A stretch of DNA of 63,979 nucleotides, filler included, from Circinaria calcarea (taxonomy: Eukaryota), in NCBI GenBank assembly GCA_051942165.1. It is 3 parts of 3 records of this genome, joined end to end, with 100 filler letters (N's around TTAATTAATTAA, not from the genome) between each part and the next. Parts side by side here need not be neighbours in the genome. Positions count along the whole stretch, not along the records: positions 22,269 to 44,401 come from JAVECS010000131.1; positions 44,502 to 63,979 come from JAVECS010000206.1; 1 more part is not named here. The stretch is one strand, 5' to 3'. The position numbers and the translations under genes were made by a program. The notes under the pieces were generated by a model. It saw nothing but the letters and a program-made list of their open reading frames with translations, had not been told where the DNA came from and made no database searches. Below, one piece after another: positions 36,369 to 50,869 of this stretch (its first letter is position 1; each line of letters opens with the position of its first letter).

Positions 36369-39300
36369 CTCACGACGAGAGAGTAGACACCAGCGCGGTG
36401 ACAGTGGTAACACCCAAGAGCACTTTCACGTCCGCATGGTAAAAGAGTGCAAAGTTACATGTAAAGTATTCTACCACCGTACTTTGTGCATGTATCTTAG
36501 TTTATCCTTCGATGACGCAGTTGATCGCAATACGGAAAATCTTTTACCGACCGTTAATCAATTTCCGAGCCCTAACTACATGTACTCTTGGAAATAGAAC
36601 TCTCCTGAGCATCTTCTCTCAAAGGCACCTACCATCAACCTCTCAAGTGCAATTGGAATCTCCAAGGAACCTTGTCTTGGATCAAATGAAGAGCACTCAG
36701 CGCGTCACAGGAAACCTACAGAGGTACCTTGGAGACGGTGTCACCACCAACCAGACTTCTTCATAGGTGAACACGTTTTCCAATAGACTCATCTTAGCAC
36801 AACAGTCCAGCCAGTGGTTTCGAGTGAACCGACCCTAGTACCAATGCTTAAAATGTTTCCCATTGATTCCTGCTTGATCGGCTCCGTATCCCAATTCCCA
36901 ACCAAGCGAACCCTTCTGATACGCACCCCTTTCACAGAAGATGACCTTTTACTATCTATGTTATCTGCAAAGGCTATCGGGTCCATGGTCTCTGGCGGAA
37001 AACAGAGATATGGCTTTCTTATCTTCAAGTTCAGTAATGTTCTCTTTGATTGTTTTTAGCAGGTCCTATCAAAGCCACAGATTTAGAGTTTTGGGAAGAC
37101 CACGTTGTATTTTCGCCTTTAGGAGCCAATTGCACCACCGACAGAATCCTTTAATGCAGCTAGCTATCTGACAACCTGTCTGCAGGGACGTCTCGGTTGA
37201 GGATCGATTGATCGCCCGCATATAGCTACGGAGTTTCAATGGAGTATCAATAGCAAGGGGCGGTGTTCTGATTATGGAACCAGACCTTACCAACGTTCAA
37301 AGGAAAGGGCACCTGAGGAAACGTGCAGAAGTGGTCTCGGACAACCGTCCAGTTGATTGAATCTGTAACCACCACAAGACCTCGACCATGTTTATGGCAA
37401 ACTAGTGACTTCGCTTATGGCTGCGTAATGACCCAGTCTTGGACATGGAGAAACGGACCGTACCAAAGACCATTCAAGAGAAGCCATGACAAGAAAGCAA
37501 CCCCCACGTAAAGCATGGGATATTTTTATCCCACGGCTCTTCCCGGGAGAATTACTTGAGATTTGCGCCATGTGTCTAGTGGTGTTGCTAAGCGAGATCT
37601 CTTCTCAATATCTCGCGCGCTTCTACTACGGAGCTTGCGAGTTGATTTTCATCCATTCGGAGGTACTCCGTAACACCGAAGATTGCAAGGCCTCCCTATT
37701 GAAGGCCGCGGGATCCCACTAACGTCTCATGAGACGGAAAGCGAGTAAGCCCTTTGTGGCTGTTGTGGGTTGTCTCCACGCTGCTCAAATTTCCAATCGT
37801 TACTTCTTGCATGCTGGATTACTATTGCATTGGGAATTTGCCATCACTTGACTTTCCCTGACCCTTCACAGATCATTCATTGTTGCAAGCCCCCTGGAAA
37901 GCTTGTAGAACTTATGCAGCCCTAATCGCGGGTCAAGGCGTTGGTTGAATTTACTCCGTGTGATCAACGGGTTTCACATGTTCATGTAAGGTCTCCGCTC
38001 GACTGGCCATGGGGTGACCGCTCACCCTTCGGACCAAGAATATCCGCATAATTCATTGGAACTGCAAGAGGAATCTGTTGTCGATCATTTTCCCGTGTGG
38101 AGCTAATTCTCGGAGTGTTCCACGAGTTCTGGAACTGACCATTATCCCAGTCTTAGGATGCCTCCTTGGATTTTTAGTGTTACACGTTTCTTACTGGTAT
38201 TCGAGCCATGCTGTGTACATACCTTCTTCTCGTATCGACAGCGAGCTTCAACAGAGATTTATACTTGGAGACTAGTAAGCACCATGTGGGCGAGCTGGAA
38301 GTATCCAGATACGCTCGTCTGACATTCTTCAAACAAGAAACCTGCTCCGTGGTTTACCCAAACATCTATCAGGCTATATGATTCAGACGGTGGATGGTCA
38401 TGAGTGGTCCTAGCTTCCTGTCTCAATGTTTGTTGGTGTGCGCTCCCCAACATCCGTAAAATCCCGATGTCAAACCCGAGCTTTTAACTACTTTCGAGGA
38501 CAGAAGGATGTGGCTTGAGTCCTTCCAAGGTACAAGTATTTCTGTTCAGCCTCACCCGTTTCTGTCTCACCACATTAGACCTCGCACAGGATTTGATAGC
38601 CTTTCCTATGAGCTTGCGCTCTAGGCGAGGCTACTCTGCCAGCTTCCTCTAATCAGAAGTGTGGGAACGAGCCTGTGGCCTGGTTCATACCGGTCGAACT
38701 TTCTATACATACCCGGGAGTGTGCAAGCTTTATCATATTCTCCGAGCTCTGCATTGGCGCACCTACTAAATAATCGCCTGTAAGCCTATCTGCGCCTCTT
38801 GTGTGGGAGGTCATAGGATATACTAAACAACTAAAGCCGTGGTGGTAATCCAAACCTAACCAAGCCAACGTGATACCAAACCTAGGGAGCTGGGAGGATT
38901 AGAGTTATACCAATCATGGTATCGAACATCGATATGGAACGAACGTTTACAGGCGCGTCTACGGATCCTTGGGTTTGATGGGACTTGATGTGTCATGATA
39001 TCTTTTCGGTGGTCACCGTCAGTATGATTGCATGGGAGCTGTCTCCGTTGGGAGTGTCTGAACGATCATGGCTGATGGCTGCGTTGGAGCTTCACCGACA
39101 ATTCCCTGTGATCCGAAGTAAGAAGTACTCCGGAGAAGATGATAAGGAATAGGCATATATAATGGTGTCTTATTGTTCAGAGAGATCTCAACCTTCCGTC
39201 AAACAGAGTACACCAGATCATTGCATTTTTCCGTTCCGTTCACTACGAGAGATTTCTCCAAGCCTTTCCTTGTACCATTCGACCTTGCCATGGATTACTC

Positions 39301-41187
39301 AAATGACTTTGACATGCTAGCGTCCTCTCCACCAGCCGCCATGCATCTATCAATCATCAAGCTCGTCCTCGCCTTTACGGCGGCTTACGAGCGCCAGCGT
39401 TATTCGGACACTCGAAGCTCACACGCTCGCAGAGGTCAACAGGTGCGGTTCTCTAAACTGGTCAGTTGAGAGAGTGCTCGGTCCTTACAATGCTCCAACT
39501 CCTTCATCCTACTCTTCCATCCAAGTCCAGAGCTCATTTCTCCATAGCTTCGACGGTACGGGTTATCGACACGCTCTCGCTTAGGGCGGCCCAGCAAACG
39601 TTTGCGCGACGGCGAACCCAACCAAGACCGAGGGACACCTTATCGATGCGCCGCCTACGGCTCGAACCCGAGGTTTTGAACATCACGACCATATTGAGTC
39701 TATCAGTTGCGAGATCCTCGATACCCTTTACAGCCTTGCGGGTGCAAACCCATACCAGTTCGTGCCTGTGCCTGTCACTATCCGTCTTTCGGTTGAATGC
39801 TTTTTCTTTACCTATGGCGTCTTGATGGGCAGCTGGAGAAGATGAAGTAGAGGGAGAGCATCGGCTCTTCCGGGCTTTTCTCGATGCGCCTTGTACACTG
39901 ATGCTTTCGTTGTCTCGGTTCCAGTCAGGTTTCATCGATCTCCTATCTAGTCTTCTATATCTATATTCGATCTACATATATCGGGTTACCAAAGAAACCT
40001 CAAGAGTGCCTCGTGCTCCCAGAGACTTGCCACGATATCGTACACACTTGTATCTCAACCCAAATTAGAACTGCCGCGCCGGCATTTGATTGTGCTACCC
40101 ACTTATACATGCTAACGAGAGCACTGCCGAGAGTAGCATGAGAATTGCAGAGGACCTCTTTTGTAGGAAGTGCACATTATATCATAGAATTCATTTTGGC
40201 CTTGTTGGACCTTTTGTTCACCGGGGCTTGATCTACGGGCATAGAGTAACCCACCCCTCTCCAACCCCCATTACCGGTGCCTTCAATGGTCGCTCATCGG
40301 CAAGAAGCGACGATTGCAGGCCCTAAGAGCGGCCATGCGAGAAGAACATTGCCTTGGGGGCCGCTTTGCATTGACCGTCTCCGGTATTAGGATTACCAGA
40401 TCGACGACTAGCGCCGAGTGCTTAAATGACGGCTCAGGGGGTGAAGAGTTATCAAAGGTCATGAATGAACTGATGAGCACAGATTGATCGATAAAGCGAT
40501 GGTATCGGAAGTGAAGTGATGCAGACTTCGATTGTAGGGCGTATCATTAATGCACTGCTCCCCATCTGCGCATTGCTATTCATCCCCCGTCCCATAATCC
40601 TCTGCAGCCAATGGCGGCACTTAAGCGTATAGCGCGAGCATCCCAATCCAATCTCCAGTGACCAGGCGAAAAGTGGATCACCGGTGGAGATAGATTAACC
40701 AGGCAATTTGGTCCGTGTCCTCGACACAATTAACTCTGTCTGTCCTTCCATCCTGCTTCAACTTGCCGGCAACAACGACCGCCAGCTACAGATTCCCTTT
40801 GTTTTGTTTCTTGTCACTCATTCATCCTCTTTTGCTACGGTATTGGTGGTGCAGCGTCCCTCGCTGGGCATTCCTTTCGGTGGCGCTCTTCCGCCATTAG
40901 TGCCAGAATCCCCCCCCCCACAACGGTGCCAACCCTCCGGCCCAATAAGCCCTCAACGGTGACGGCGAGCTTAGGAGGAAGGAAAAAGGACGACGATCCA
41001 ACCATCCGCCTGTCCGATCAGGCGTCGACAATCCTACAGTCGGGCCTCAAACGCGATCCTCGCCAACTTTGCGACACCGGGGGATGTACCTGTCTCGTCG
41101 CGCTGTCCCCAGCCTCATTGTCTGATATCGAGAGATTAGCAGCCTCTAGCTGTAGCGCCCTGCTCGGGTCGATAACATCCATCAGTC

Positions 41188-43999
41188 ATGTTGAGGCCGG
41201 CGACGCCTTTGTCCATACTCCTGTTCATTGCTTTCATCTTGCTGCTCCTCTCCGTCATCTCGACGCCGATCGTCAAAGCGATCCCGCTCGCCACGTTCAA
41301 GGGTGTCGAATACGGTGTCTTTGGCTATTGTACGGGAAATGACTGTATCGGGCCTAAAATCGGCTACAACACAGGTGAGTCTTCTTATTTCTCCAGAAGA
41401 GGCAGAACAGAAGAGAGCGGAGCGGAACGGTCGTCTACAAGGCGACGCGGGAACGCCAGGCTTCCGGTCACATAGGATAGCAAAGGCGGTGCTAACAAAC
41501 GTATCACTTCAGATAGCAATGCCGACTTCTCTCTTTCGGCCAGCACACGACACTCGTTATCAGCAATACTCATTGTTCATCCGATCGCAGCGCTCCTGAC
41601 CTTGATTTGCTTCATATTGTCCTGTTCAGCACACCTCCATTCGCCATCACACTCTCCCAAGTTTTTACTTGCCTTGATCATACTATTACTACCAACGCTA
41701 CTGATTACCCTACTCGCCTTCTTAGTTGATATCCTGTTGTTCGTACCGCACTTGGGATGGGGAGGCTGGATTGTGTTGGCCTCTACGATCTTAATCGTGG
41801 CGAGCGGCATTGTGACTTGTGCGATGCGGAGAACGCTAGTCAGCAGGAAGGCTCGAAAGAAGAGGATTGCTGAAAATGCAGAGATGAATGGAGATAACTT
41901 CTATGCACGGCAAAATACCCCAAAAGCCGAGTCTCCGCCTTCCTTCAATCAACAACCTACCGCTCCAATGGTCAACGGGGCACCTGGATCTGATAAACTT
42001 CCCTCGTTTGCTACATTTGATGCACATGCGGATGGACATACCGGCTCCGATGATCAGATTCCACTGAAGCCTGTCTCGCCCTCGAACAGAACTGCACCGA
42101 GCACTGCCAGTGGGTTTCCATCTAGCATGTCTGATGATGGAATGGATAGGTACGGTGGCCCTGGAAGAGGTGGACCAGGAGGCATGCGAGGTGGTCGAGG
42201 TGGATATAATGGACCTCGTGACGAGTTTGGCAATCCATTACCTCCTTCGGCTGCCCTTGGCCCAGGACCCCCTGGTCAGCGCAGAAATTCTGGTGAATCA
42301 CGCATGCACCGTCAATACTCCAATGAGACGATGAACTCTCAAGGCTCACGCGGCCGAGGAAGGGGTGGCTATCCGCCGCGTGGTTACGGTAGAGGTGGGC
42401 CGTATGGCGGCGGGAGAGGTGGACCACCAGGTATGAGCGGAAGCGGTCGAGGTATACCGATGGGTGCTATGGTAGCAGGTGCTGGAGCAGGCATGCTGGC
42501 AGGGGAGATGGGTCGAGGCCAAAGAGGTCCTCCACCAGGGTACGCCAATGGTTATCCACCGCAAGGAAGAGACGGTCCAGGGCCCTATAATCGTGATGTG
42601 TCACCTGCAGGGTATGGAATGCCTGGTCCAAATGGCAGAAGGCCTTCTCCACCAAATGGAGAATATAATATGCCTGGTCCGAATGGGAGGAGGCCTTCTC
42701 CACCAAATGGAGAATATGTTATGCCCGGTCCGAATGGTAGGAGGCCTTCACCACCAAACGGAGAATATGGTAGACATCAATCACCGGGACCACCTTCAGC
42801 TCCTGGTTATGGCAGAAAACGCTCTCCAGGTCCACCATCCGCACCAGGTTACGGGTATGGTGGACGGGAGCCATCACCAGGCCCACCATCCGCACCAGGT
42901 TATGGGTATGGTGGACGGGAGCCGTCACCCGGCCCAGTCGGACAGAGATTTCCCCAAAACTCGCCTCCTCCTCCACTCCCGATGGAACATCTACCAGAAA
43001 GCTCTAATATTGGTCAAGCAGTCGAGATGGATGCTTCTACGGGTAGTCCGTCGCAAACACCAGGGTATGCTCCAGCTCATCCATCGAGGGACAATGACAG
43101 CGACGTCAAGGCATTTGTTGGTCTTCAACAGCGGAGAGTCGGTAGCCCATTACGTCATGAGGATCCCATTAGTCCTGCGAGTATGTATTCTGGACCACAA
43201 GAGTAAGTCTATCCTCACCGGGGTTGTTGGTCTACGTCTGACATTCTCTAGCTCATATATTCCACCCCGTGCAGCCTGGTCCGGCGGCCCAAGTCGTAAC
43301 AATACCCCGCCCATCAACACCAATATCCAACCCCTTTCACCAATCCATCAGTCTCCAGTGGAACTTCCCGCCCAAGCACACTCACCTCCAATTCAGCACC
43401 AGCCACTTAACTTTAATCCACCCACGCATACTCGCTCCGTCTCAGGAGATCACTACTACGAAGACGTCGATCCTCGCTTCGCAGATCCCGAACCACCACA
43501 GACCCAATCCTCAGTTACTGTCCCCGCCCTCCTAATGCCGGGACACCTCGACGATGTCTCCAATCTACCTCTCCACATGCAAAATCAACCCACCGATCGA
43601 GATCGTCCTGGCCATGATCCCCGCTACCTCGAGCCCGCTTCGTCGTACGAATTCATCCAGCAAGATTCTCGCTCGCCCGCAGCTAGCGAGGAGAGCAACT
43701 TTACCTCCATTAGTCAGCGAGGGGTCAATCCGGATTGGAGACCACCGCCTCCGGGTCAAGGACTGTACCAGGGACCGGCACCAGGGCAAGGGCACGGTAA
43801 TGAGATGGGCATGGGTGGTGTGCCGAATCGGAGACCGATGCCTCAGCAGAGGGATGTGCTGTTGGCGGGGAATCCAGACTTTGAGTTACCGGGGATGAGT
43901 GGTGGAGGGAGGGGCGGAGGAGGAGGAGTGGGTGTGGCAAGGGGAGCATATGGCGGGGCGACAAGGGAGGAGACGGCGTATTTGGGCAATGCTATCTGA
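41188..43999 (+). CDS. palI: pH-response membrane protein PalI/Rim9 (SUR7/PalI family) with long Pro/Gly-rich tail
   Basis: MLRPATPLSILLFIAF..LSVISTPI..YGVFGYC; LIVHPIAA; FLVDILLFVPH; CAMRRTLVSRKARKKRIAENAEM. Introns 41375-41512 and 43203-43251. Confidence 0.9.
42619..42932 (+). repeat. Two adjacent coding 51-bp tandem repeat blocks in palI
   Basis: MPGPNGRRPSPPNGEY at 42619, 42670 and 42721, followed by about 2.5 copies of PSPGPPSAPGYGYGGRE. Confidence 0.9.
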
Positions 44000-44401
44000 A
44001 GGGTTGTGTAAAAAGAGAATGAATGTGCATAATCTGTGGACTGTATCCTGTGGATATCAATAAAATTGGGCTTCTGGGGAGCTTGAGTGAGGATCTTGCT
44101 AGGCTTTGTTTCTTCTTCTTTTATCCTTTTTCATCCTTTTCTCTCCACCTGGGGAATCGCCATGTAGGGATGATGCAATGCAGTGCATTCCTATTCTTGG
44201 AGGGTTTTTTCAAACTAACTGTTTATACATAAGGGGGCGAACTTCTAAATAAAATAACAAAACCTTCTTGAAACCATTATATCATTTGTGGCTTTTCTTC
44301 TTTTTTCCCTTTTTTTCCCCTTTTGTGGGATCTCTTACCGATATTAAATGGATTTGCGCATGGAAACTACCCCCCGACCCTGACCCTGACCCTTCTCCCA
44401 C

Positions 44402-44501
44402 NNNNNNNNNNNNNNNNNNNNNNNNNNNNNNNNNNNNNNNNNNNNTTAATTAATTAANNNNNNNNNNNNNNNNNNNNNNNNNNNNNNNNNNNNNNNNNNN
44501 N
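44402..44501. other. Assembly gap with artificial TTAATTAATTAA linker
   Basis: 100-nt N run with the linker at 44446-44457. Confidence 0.95.
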
Positions 44502-45054
44502 GAGTGCCACATTACGGACCAAGAACCAAGGGGCCCTCGTGTAGAGCATCATCATCTATCTGCCTAGGAGATATAACTGGGTAGGATTACCTATGACTTA
44601 CCATGTAGTGTAATATTGGGGCTCTCATGGGGGGCACAGGAAGTGGGATATCACTCGGAAAGAGTTTTTGCTTAAAGGGAAAAAAGAAACGTTTCAAAGG
44701 GGCAAAGGCATCTGATTTTCATCTAGTACACGACAGAAACTAAACGAGTCTATGGTTCTCTTTTGCCCCACGCCTCACCCGTCCATCAAAGTCGTGTGGT
44801 AATTTATAACCATTACGCGCTCCAGAGGAAACGGAAACGAAGGAACCTCACCGAACCCAGACCGGTTTGTTTCCCTCCTCGCCAGAGACCGAGACTGAGA
44901 GCGCCGGAGTCGCCGGCATCACGTTCGCCATATGCCTTGTCCTATTCCACAATGCATCCCAATGACATGTCCATGTAACGAAGAAACCTTTCAACGTTTC
45001 ACCGCATCTATGCCTACATCGACCACACGTGAAAGAAATATTAACCATGACGGG

Positions 45055-47902
45055 TCATGATTCCTTGTGGGACCCATTACTTGACGGCTGCGTAGTACTA
45101 GACTTCACCATGTCATTGGCGCCTATCGAGTTGCCTCGCTCAATTCTCGGCCGTCCATCGTCGCTAGTTGTCCGTTGGAGTCTAGGCTCATCTTGGGGCT
45201 GGTGACGCTGCGCCTCAGATCAGCAAACATGACAGATTTTTCAGGCAATATAAACGGCATTCATCTTTTTCATATGCTTGCCGTAGACAACTTTCATATA
45301 CGAATAGAGATCTCCCCCACGTACGAGATCAGATTGAGAATTGTATTGAGAATTGTATACTTATACAGTTGGTGAAGATAATGCGGTTGGTCCGAATAAC
45401 ACATCGTAAGGTTGTGATAAACAAGCTAAAAACAGGCTCAAAATGTACATACCGCGGTCTGACCATCATGATCTCTTGGCCGTCTCTGATCCCTTCCATT
45501 TATCGCATCATCCTGTAGTCTGAGAGCATCTAATCTTTTCTGACTGTCCTGTGTCATGGGGTCCACCTCATCTATCCGGGATGGCGCTGTAACTTTCACC
45601 CCGCGATGGCTGGTTGACGGCGGTTGAATAGATGTTCGACCATTTTGCATTTGCTTGGCTTGCTCCGCAAGTCTATCCCATTTTCCTTGCCGAATCTGCT
45701 GCCTCTGCTCTGCACTACTTTGCATCTCGGTATAGTCATGCGAGCAATCGTCAAATAACTGAGGATTGATCTCCATGAATAACTTCATGGCGTTGTAGAC
45801 CATGCCGTGAATAGTCCTTTGTAATCAGCCAAGTCATAGCAAGGAGTGATTGGATGATTCACCTATTCCAATGACCTTTGGAGTTTTCGTACAATGGTGC
45901 AAACATGATTGGCAGGATAACCTCGATATTGTCGCTGATGAGATTGCAAAAGTATTCGTTATTCCAGAAATACAAGGCGCGCTCAGCAACCTTCATGTCC
46001 ATGCTGTTAGTTGGGCACTCAGACTTGACAGCAGATAATCTTACCTGGAAATGTGGACTAGCCACTGATTTGGCTAGTTGGTTGAATAGAGGTTCCTGCA
46101 CTTTGGCAAATTCATTTGGATCCATTACCTCGAAAATGTCTTCAACCTCGTTGAGAAACATGACTTCCTTGGTACTGTTGACTTTCGGCCAGTATCGAAG
46201 GAGGCCCAGAACCACCTAATCAGGCAGGTGAACACACGGCCACGCTCTGATTGCGGTTGACTTACCTCCTCTGTCAGCGCCGCGTCCTTCTCTAAAAACT
46301 GTACAATACAATAAGCTAGTTGGGGATGGTACATGCTAAGACTCTTGACTTTGTGGAGTGGTATTAGCACTCGCGTGAGGAAAAGCTTATGCTCCTCCTT
46401 CAAAGGAAGGGCAAATCCATTGATAATTGAGCCAAGGATCTCGAGAAGTTCAGCTATTCCATTAAATCTCTCCGTTTCGTAGATGAACTGGAAGAAGACA
46501 TTGTTGATAGATCGTCGGATGTATGATCGAAGATTCAAGAATTTGCCGTATATCCGGTGCAGTGTCGTTTTGAGAAAATCTCGCTCCCGTGGGTCCTCGG
46601 AGTCGAACAATTCCAGAAGCTGACTCGATTAGCGCAGCTGCTCGTTCTAAGCCGCCGGGTTCACTTACTTGTAGAACGAATTGGTGGTCGATATATGCTT
46701 TCGCAACATTGGTGTTGAAATCTTGACTTTCGATGAAACGGAGAAAGAACTCATACACAACCTGAATATGCGGCCACGCCACCTCCAGGACCGGCTCATC
46801 TTCTTCCGGATCAAAGGCTTCACCTTGAGGGTTCACTGGTGGTGGAATGGGGCGGAACAGATTCTTGCTAAACATCTCGACGACCCTTGGGTACATTGGC
46901 TCCGTAATCACTTGCCGATTGTTCGCAACGTAATCGAGTAATTCATGGAGAGCTAATCTCTTGATCTCTTTTGGCTTCATGTCGCCGCTAGCATCGTTGA
47001 AATCAAAGATGATATTGCATTGGTCAATCTTTTGCATGAAAAGCTCCTGCCGACGATTCGGAGGAACTTCGTGAAAGCCTGGGAGCTTTTCTAATTCTCG
47101 TTGCCGCTGGTCAGATATGTCAAATCTAGAAGAGTGCTGGCGCTTGGGTGTTCTAATTCCTTCTGGCACATCCTTCGGGGTCGACGATAATCGATCAAAG
47201 GCAAGCGATTTGATTCCTGGTTTGGGCGGAGCAAGATCTCCCGGCATAGTTTCCGCAGCCCCTGGTGGGGGAATATGCTTGAAAGACCTCTATCAGCTAA
47301 AGCAAGAAGGCAAAGTAGTGATTTGAGAGAGTCTCCAACGTCTCATGTGATCAGAGAGATTGATACTTACCGGTGCGCTGGGGCTTATTATTACGCTTGG
47401 TGCTAAAAGCTGGCCGGTTCTTGTTGGAGTACCCGGACCGCCGCCACTCCCTGGTAGCCCTAGGCTCCCCACGTTATGCTGGGATGGTACAAAAGGCAAA
47501 CCGGTGCCGCTAGGCGACAGTAGATTTGGAGGGCCTTGGGGTGATGCAAGTAGAGAGTTACCATGTCGGCCCTGAGCAGATCCGTTGTCATCGGGTGGCA
47601 AAGGTTTATTCCGCAAATCGTTCAATGTTGTCGTCGAAGACGTGGGCGTATTGTGGCTCGAAGACACAGGTGATTGGGCATGGCCGATGGGGATGGACCC
47701 GGAGCTTTGCGAGGGCGAGGCAGTACCCGAAGTCGACTCTTTCTTGCTTTTGGACGATTTGCTAGAATCTTTAGCTCGCGAGAGCTGCTCATGCTGAGAT
47801 CGTCAGCCAATACTGAACCAAGGTGAGATGCAAAGGGATTGAGCCCGGCGGCGGCAGAAGCAAGTGTGGGAGCCATACTACTCTGTTCCTGAAGTTCTTC
47901 AT
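45055..47902 (-). CDS. RTS1: PP2A B56/B' regulatory subunit (Rts1/ParA)
   Basis: First exon MKNFRNRV (47902-47879). Motifs [49 protein letters not shown] and [16 protein letters not shown]. Multiple introns. Last exon 45206-45055 inferred (alternative stop at 45438). Confidence 0.93.
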
Positions 47903-48702
47903 CGCAGCCTAGCTCCAACCGATGCTTGATTCAATCCAAGAGCCGCGAGAGCAGCCTCAATCAAGTCAAGGATCGCGTATGCCTGTCCCCGCAATTCGTA
48001 GCTTCAGCGATCTTTGGGTTCCTGATCCAGCACCAATAAACTTGAGCTGTGCAGCCGCTACAACATTTGGCGCAAGGGAGGATCCTTCAAGAAAGCATGC
48101 TGCCGACGACTGGCGGTAGAGCTGGGTCGAAGGTTGGTACTGGCAGTCCTTTGGTTGGTCAATATAGTTCTGGAGCTCCTAGTCCTCCAGTGCGAGATTT
48201 ATGGGCCGATTTTCCCCTACCAGAAGTGTTCCACGAAGATGTCGCTAATAAAGTCCTGTATCCGTCGAAGAAGAGCAGCGAAGATTGATTACTGAGTGTG
48301 CCGCTGTCTGGTACAAACAACAATAATAATGATTAAGTCGGCGTCGCTGTGGATTGAGCAGGAAAGTGCCAAGACACGCTTGCCGAGATGAGATAGTCCG
48401 AGGGGCGGGATGTAGGAGACCCGGTAGTAGAGCAGAAGGAGAGAAATGTGTACAACACGGTTATATACCACTTGTCGGAGAGGATGGACACTGTTGTTGA
48501 TATATCCTCTCGGAAGTGACATTCAGACATCTTCTTGGCTATTGTCATCATCCACGTAAACAAAGTAAGTCGTGGCTTCAATCTCAGATTTTCATTCTAC
48601 ATGGATTTCGTCTTTCACCTCTCCGGATACTCTCTCACCGAACCACCAATCGGAGTGACATGAATAATTCTTCTCATCTATCAAGTCTATGTTATAGTGG
48701 AC

Positions 48703-50869
48703 ATGTCTCCTGCTCTGATCATCGAGGAGAACCCTCCTCCCATCAAAACCCCCACCTTGTCAGTCCCCCAAGTTGCACCGTGGTACGCTGTACCCTCAAC
48801 GCCGGTGATCAGCGTTGAACATCCTTTCATCATCAAGAATGTCTCCAAGGCAGTGCAAACGCTGGGCGGTCCAGAAAGAGTCAAGGAAGTACGGTGCGGC
48901 TTTCTCATTGTTTCCCCAGCTTTACTCATCCGATATCTTCATAGCTTGTGGAAATGGAGAAGTCTGGCATGGAAGCAAGCCTGTTCCTGCGCCCAAGTGA
49001 TCGAATGGCCAAATCCATTCCTTCCAGTAATATCGCTACCGGCAATGTGCTTCTCCGGATCACGATACCAAAGAGGACCGGCCGCAGGCGGAAGCGAGAC
49101 TCTCAAGGTCCTTTTCGAGACGCTGAATGTCAACCCCAGGCCTCAGCGCAAGGGGAAGCGGAATCGCAGTCAATGTCTACCTCTAGACCAAGAAACGCTC
49201 GATTGATGTTGCAGGCAATCCGAGACAACATCGATAACTGCACGATTCAAGCCGTCGGACAGATCGAACAAACCCATCGTTTTAGAGGTAAGCTTTCTAC
49301 TCATTCAACAATGTCCGTCGCGCAATCCTCATATGAAATTTCGATATTACAGGCCTACCAGATTTTGCATATTCTACCGTGAATAGCCCGTTCATGAAGA
49401 AAATGAGAGAATTCATCTTACCGTACGAGTGTAAGATTTTCGTTACGGCTTCATACGAAACTATGTTAACTTAGACTTACAGATGAGAAGCTGAAAGGCT
49501 TCAAATTCGACCTTAGTACCGGCGTAAAGAAGAACACAGATATCCTACCACCGCCAAGCTTTACGCACTTCTCCATACCCTTCAATTATTCGTGAGACTC
49601 GGCATCTTCCGTTCTCAACTCGAATAGGCGTGCTGATCACAGATTGTACAGCTACAAACAGAACCCGTCCATTAAGTCAGTTGTCGATAGTTCGGGTCAA
49701 TTATCCACCATCAACACACAGACTTCCCGTAAGATCAAGACGCAGCTCGTGGCTTTTGATGCCGAGACAGTTCCTCAGGGTCCTACGGACGATACAACAC
49801 CTTTTGAAGCTCTAGATGCTGGATTGCAACGTCTAATTGAACACGTTCGTGCCTTGCTTGACAAGCGGCCCATGTGGACTCGACGGGCGCTATCGAACCA
49901 GATGCGTACCACCCAGTGGATGATTCTTGGCAAGCATGTCTACCAGTATGTGGGTTACATGTTCCGTTCTGGGCCCTGGCGAGATGTTGTGATTAAATAT
50001 GGTATCGATCCACGGACCGATCCGAAGTATCGCATCTACCAGAGTATCATGTTTCAATTTGACGCAGCCAGTGCATATGTGATCTCAAAGACGACGAATG
50101 GAATTCGCCGAGGGGGAAGAGGCGGCGCTAGGCAGGCCGGACCAGGACCTACCCACTCAAATAACAGTCATGTCTTTGATGGTGTAAGCGTAGAAATGGA
50201 TGGGAAAATGTGGCAAGTCTGCGACATCACCGACCCATCGCTGAAAGAACTTCTCGCAACCTCTGATCTACGGAAGCAATGTGACGTGAGGAATTCCGGG
50301 CTTGCTAGACGCAGTTTTCAGGCTGACCTGTCGGTTAGAATAAGGTGGACGGATGGTACCACAACGGCACCTGGGCCAAAGCAAGGATCCTTATGAAAGC
50401 CAAGATGAGCTACATCACTTCCGGGAAAGGGATTCCTCCAGACTCCGACTATACCAAGCTGTTTGCTATTCCGGATGTGCTTGACAAAAGCACGGAACAT
50501 CTCGCCACTTTCACTAAACCCAATGCGACAGCGCAAGAAGTCGAGCTGGCAAACTACATTCGGAATTTAGCGCGTGCATCCAACCCCGACCAGGGTGGCA
50601 GCAACCAAGGTGATGATAGATGGGCGAGTTGGCTTACTGAAAACGGCAGTCATGGAGGAGGGAATGATGGAGACGGACAGGTCCACCATGACAGGAGGCT
50701 CGAACTTGATTCGCAGGAGCCGGAACGGGATCCGGAACTGGAGGAAGGAGGGAATGCGCTGGTGGGGGTGATGGACGACGAGGAGGACGGAGAAGGTTCC
50801 GGTAGCTCCAGCCAGAGCGAAAATGAGACGGAAGAAGATGATGATCTTGAAGACGATGCAGAGGGGTAA
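48703..50869 (+). CDS. TFC1: RNA polymerase III transcription factor TFIIIC tau95 subunit (Tfc1/Sfc1)
   Basis: Motifs VISVEHPFII..KAVQTLGG, NVLLRITIPKRTGRRRKR, THRFR-GLPDF, RPMWTRR, GYMFRSGPWRD...YGIDPR and WQVCDITDP. Acidic tail. Several introns. Confidence 0.88.

Noticed and set aside
42479..43251. Long overlapping alternative frame in palI (ORF 42479-43999)
   Set aside because: Its 3' part is palI exon 3. The 5' extension is explained by GC-rich tandem repeats lacking stops.
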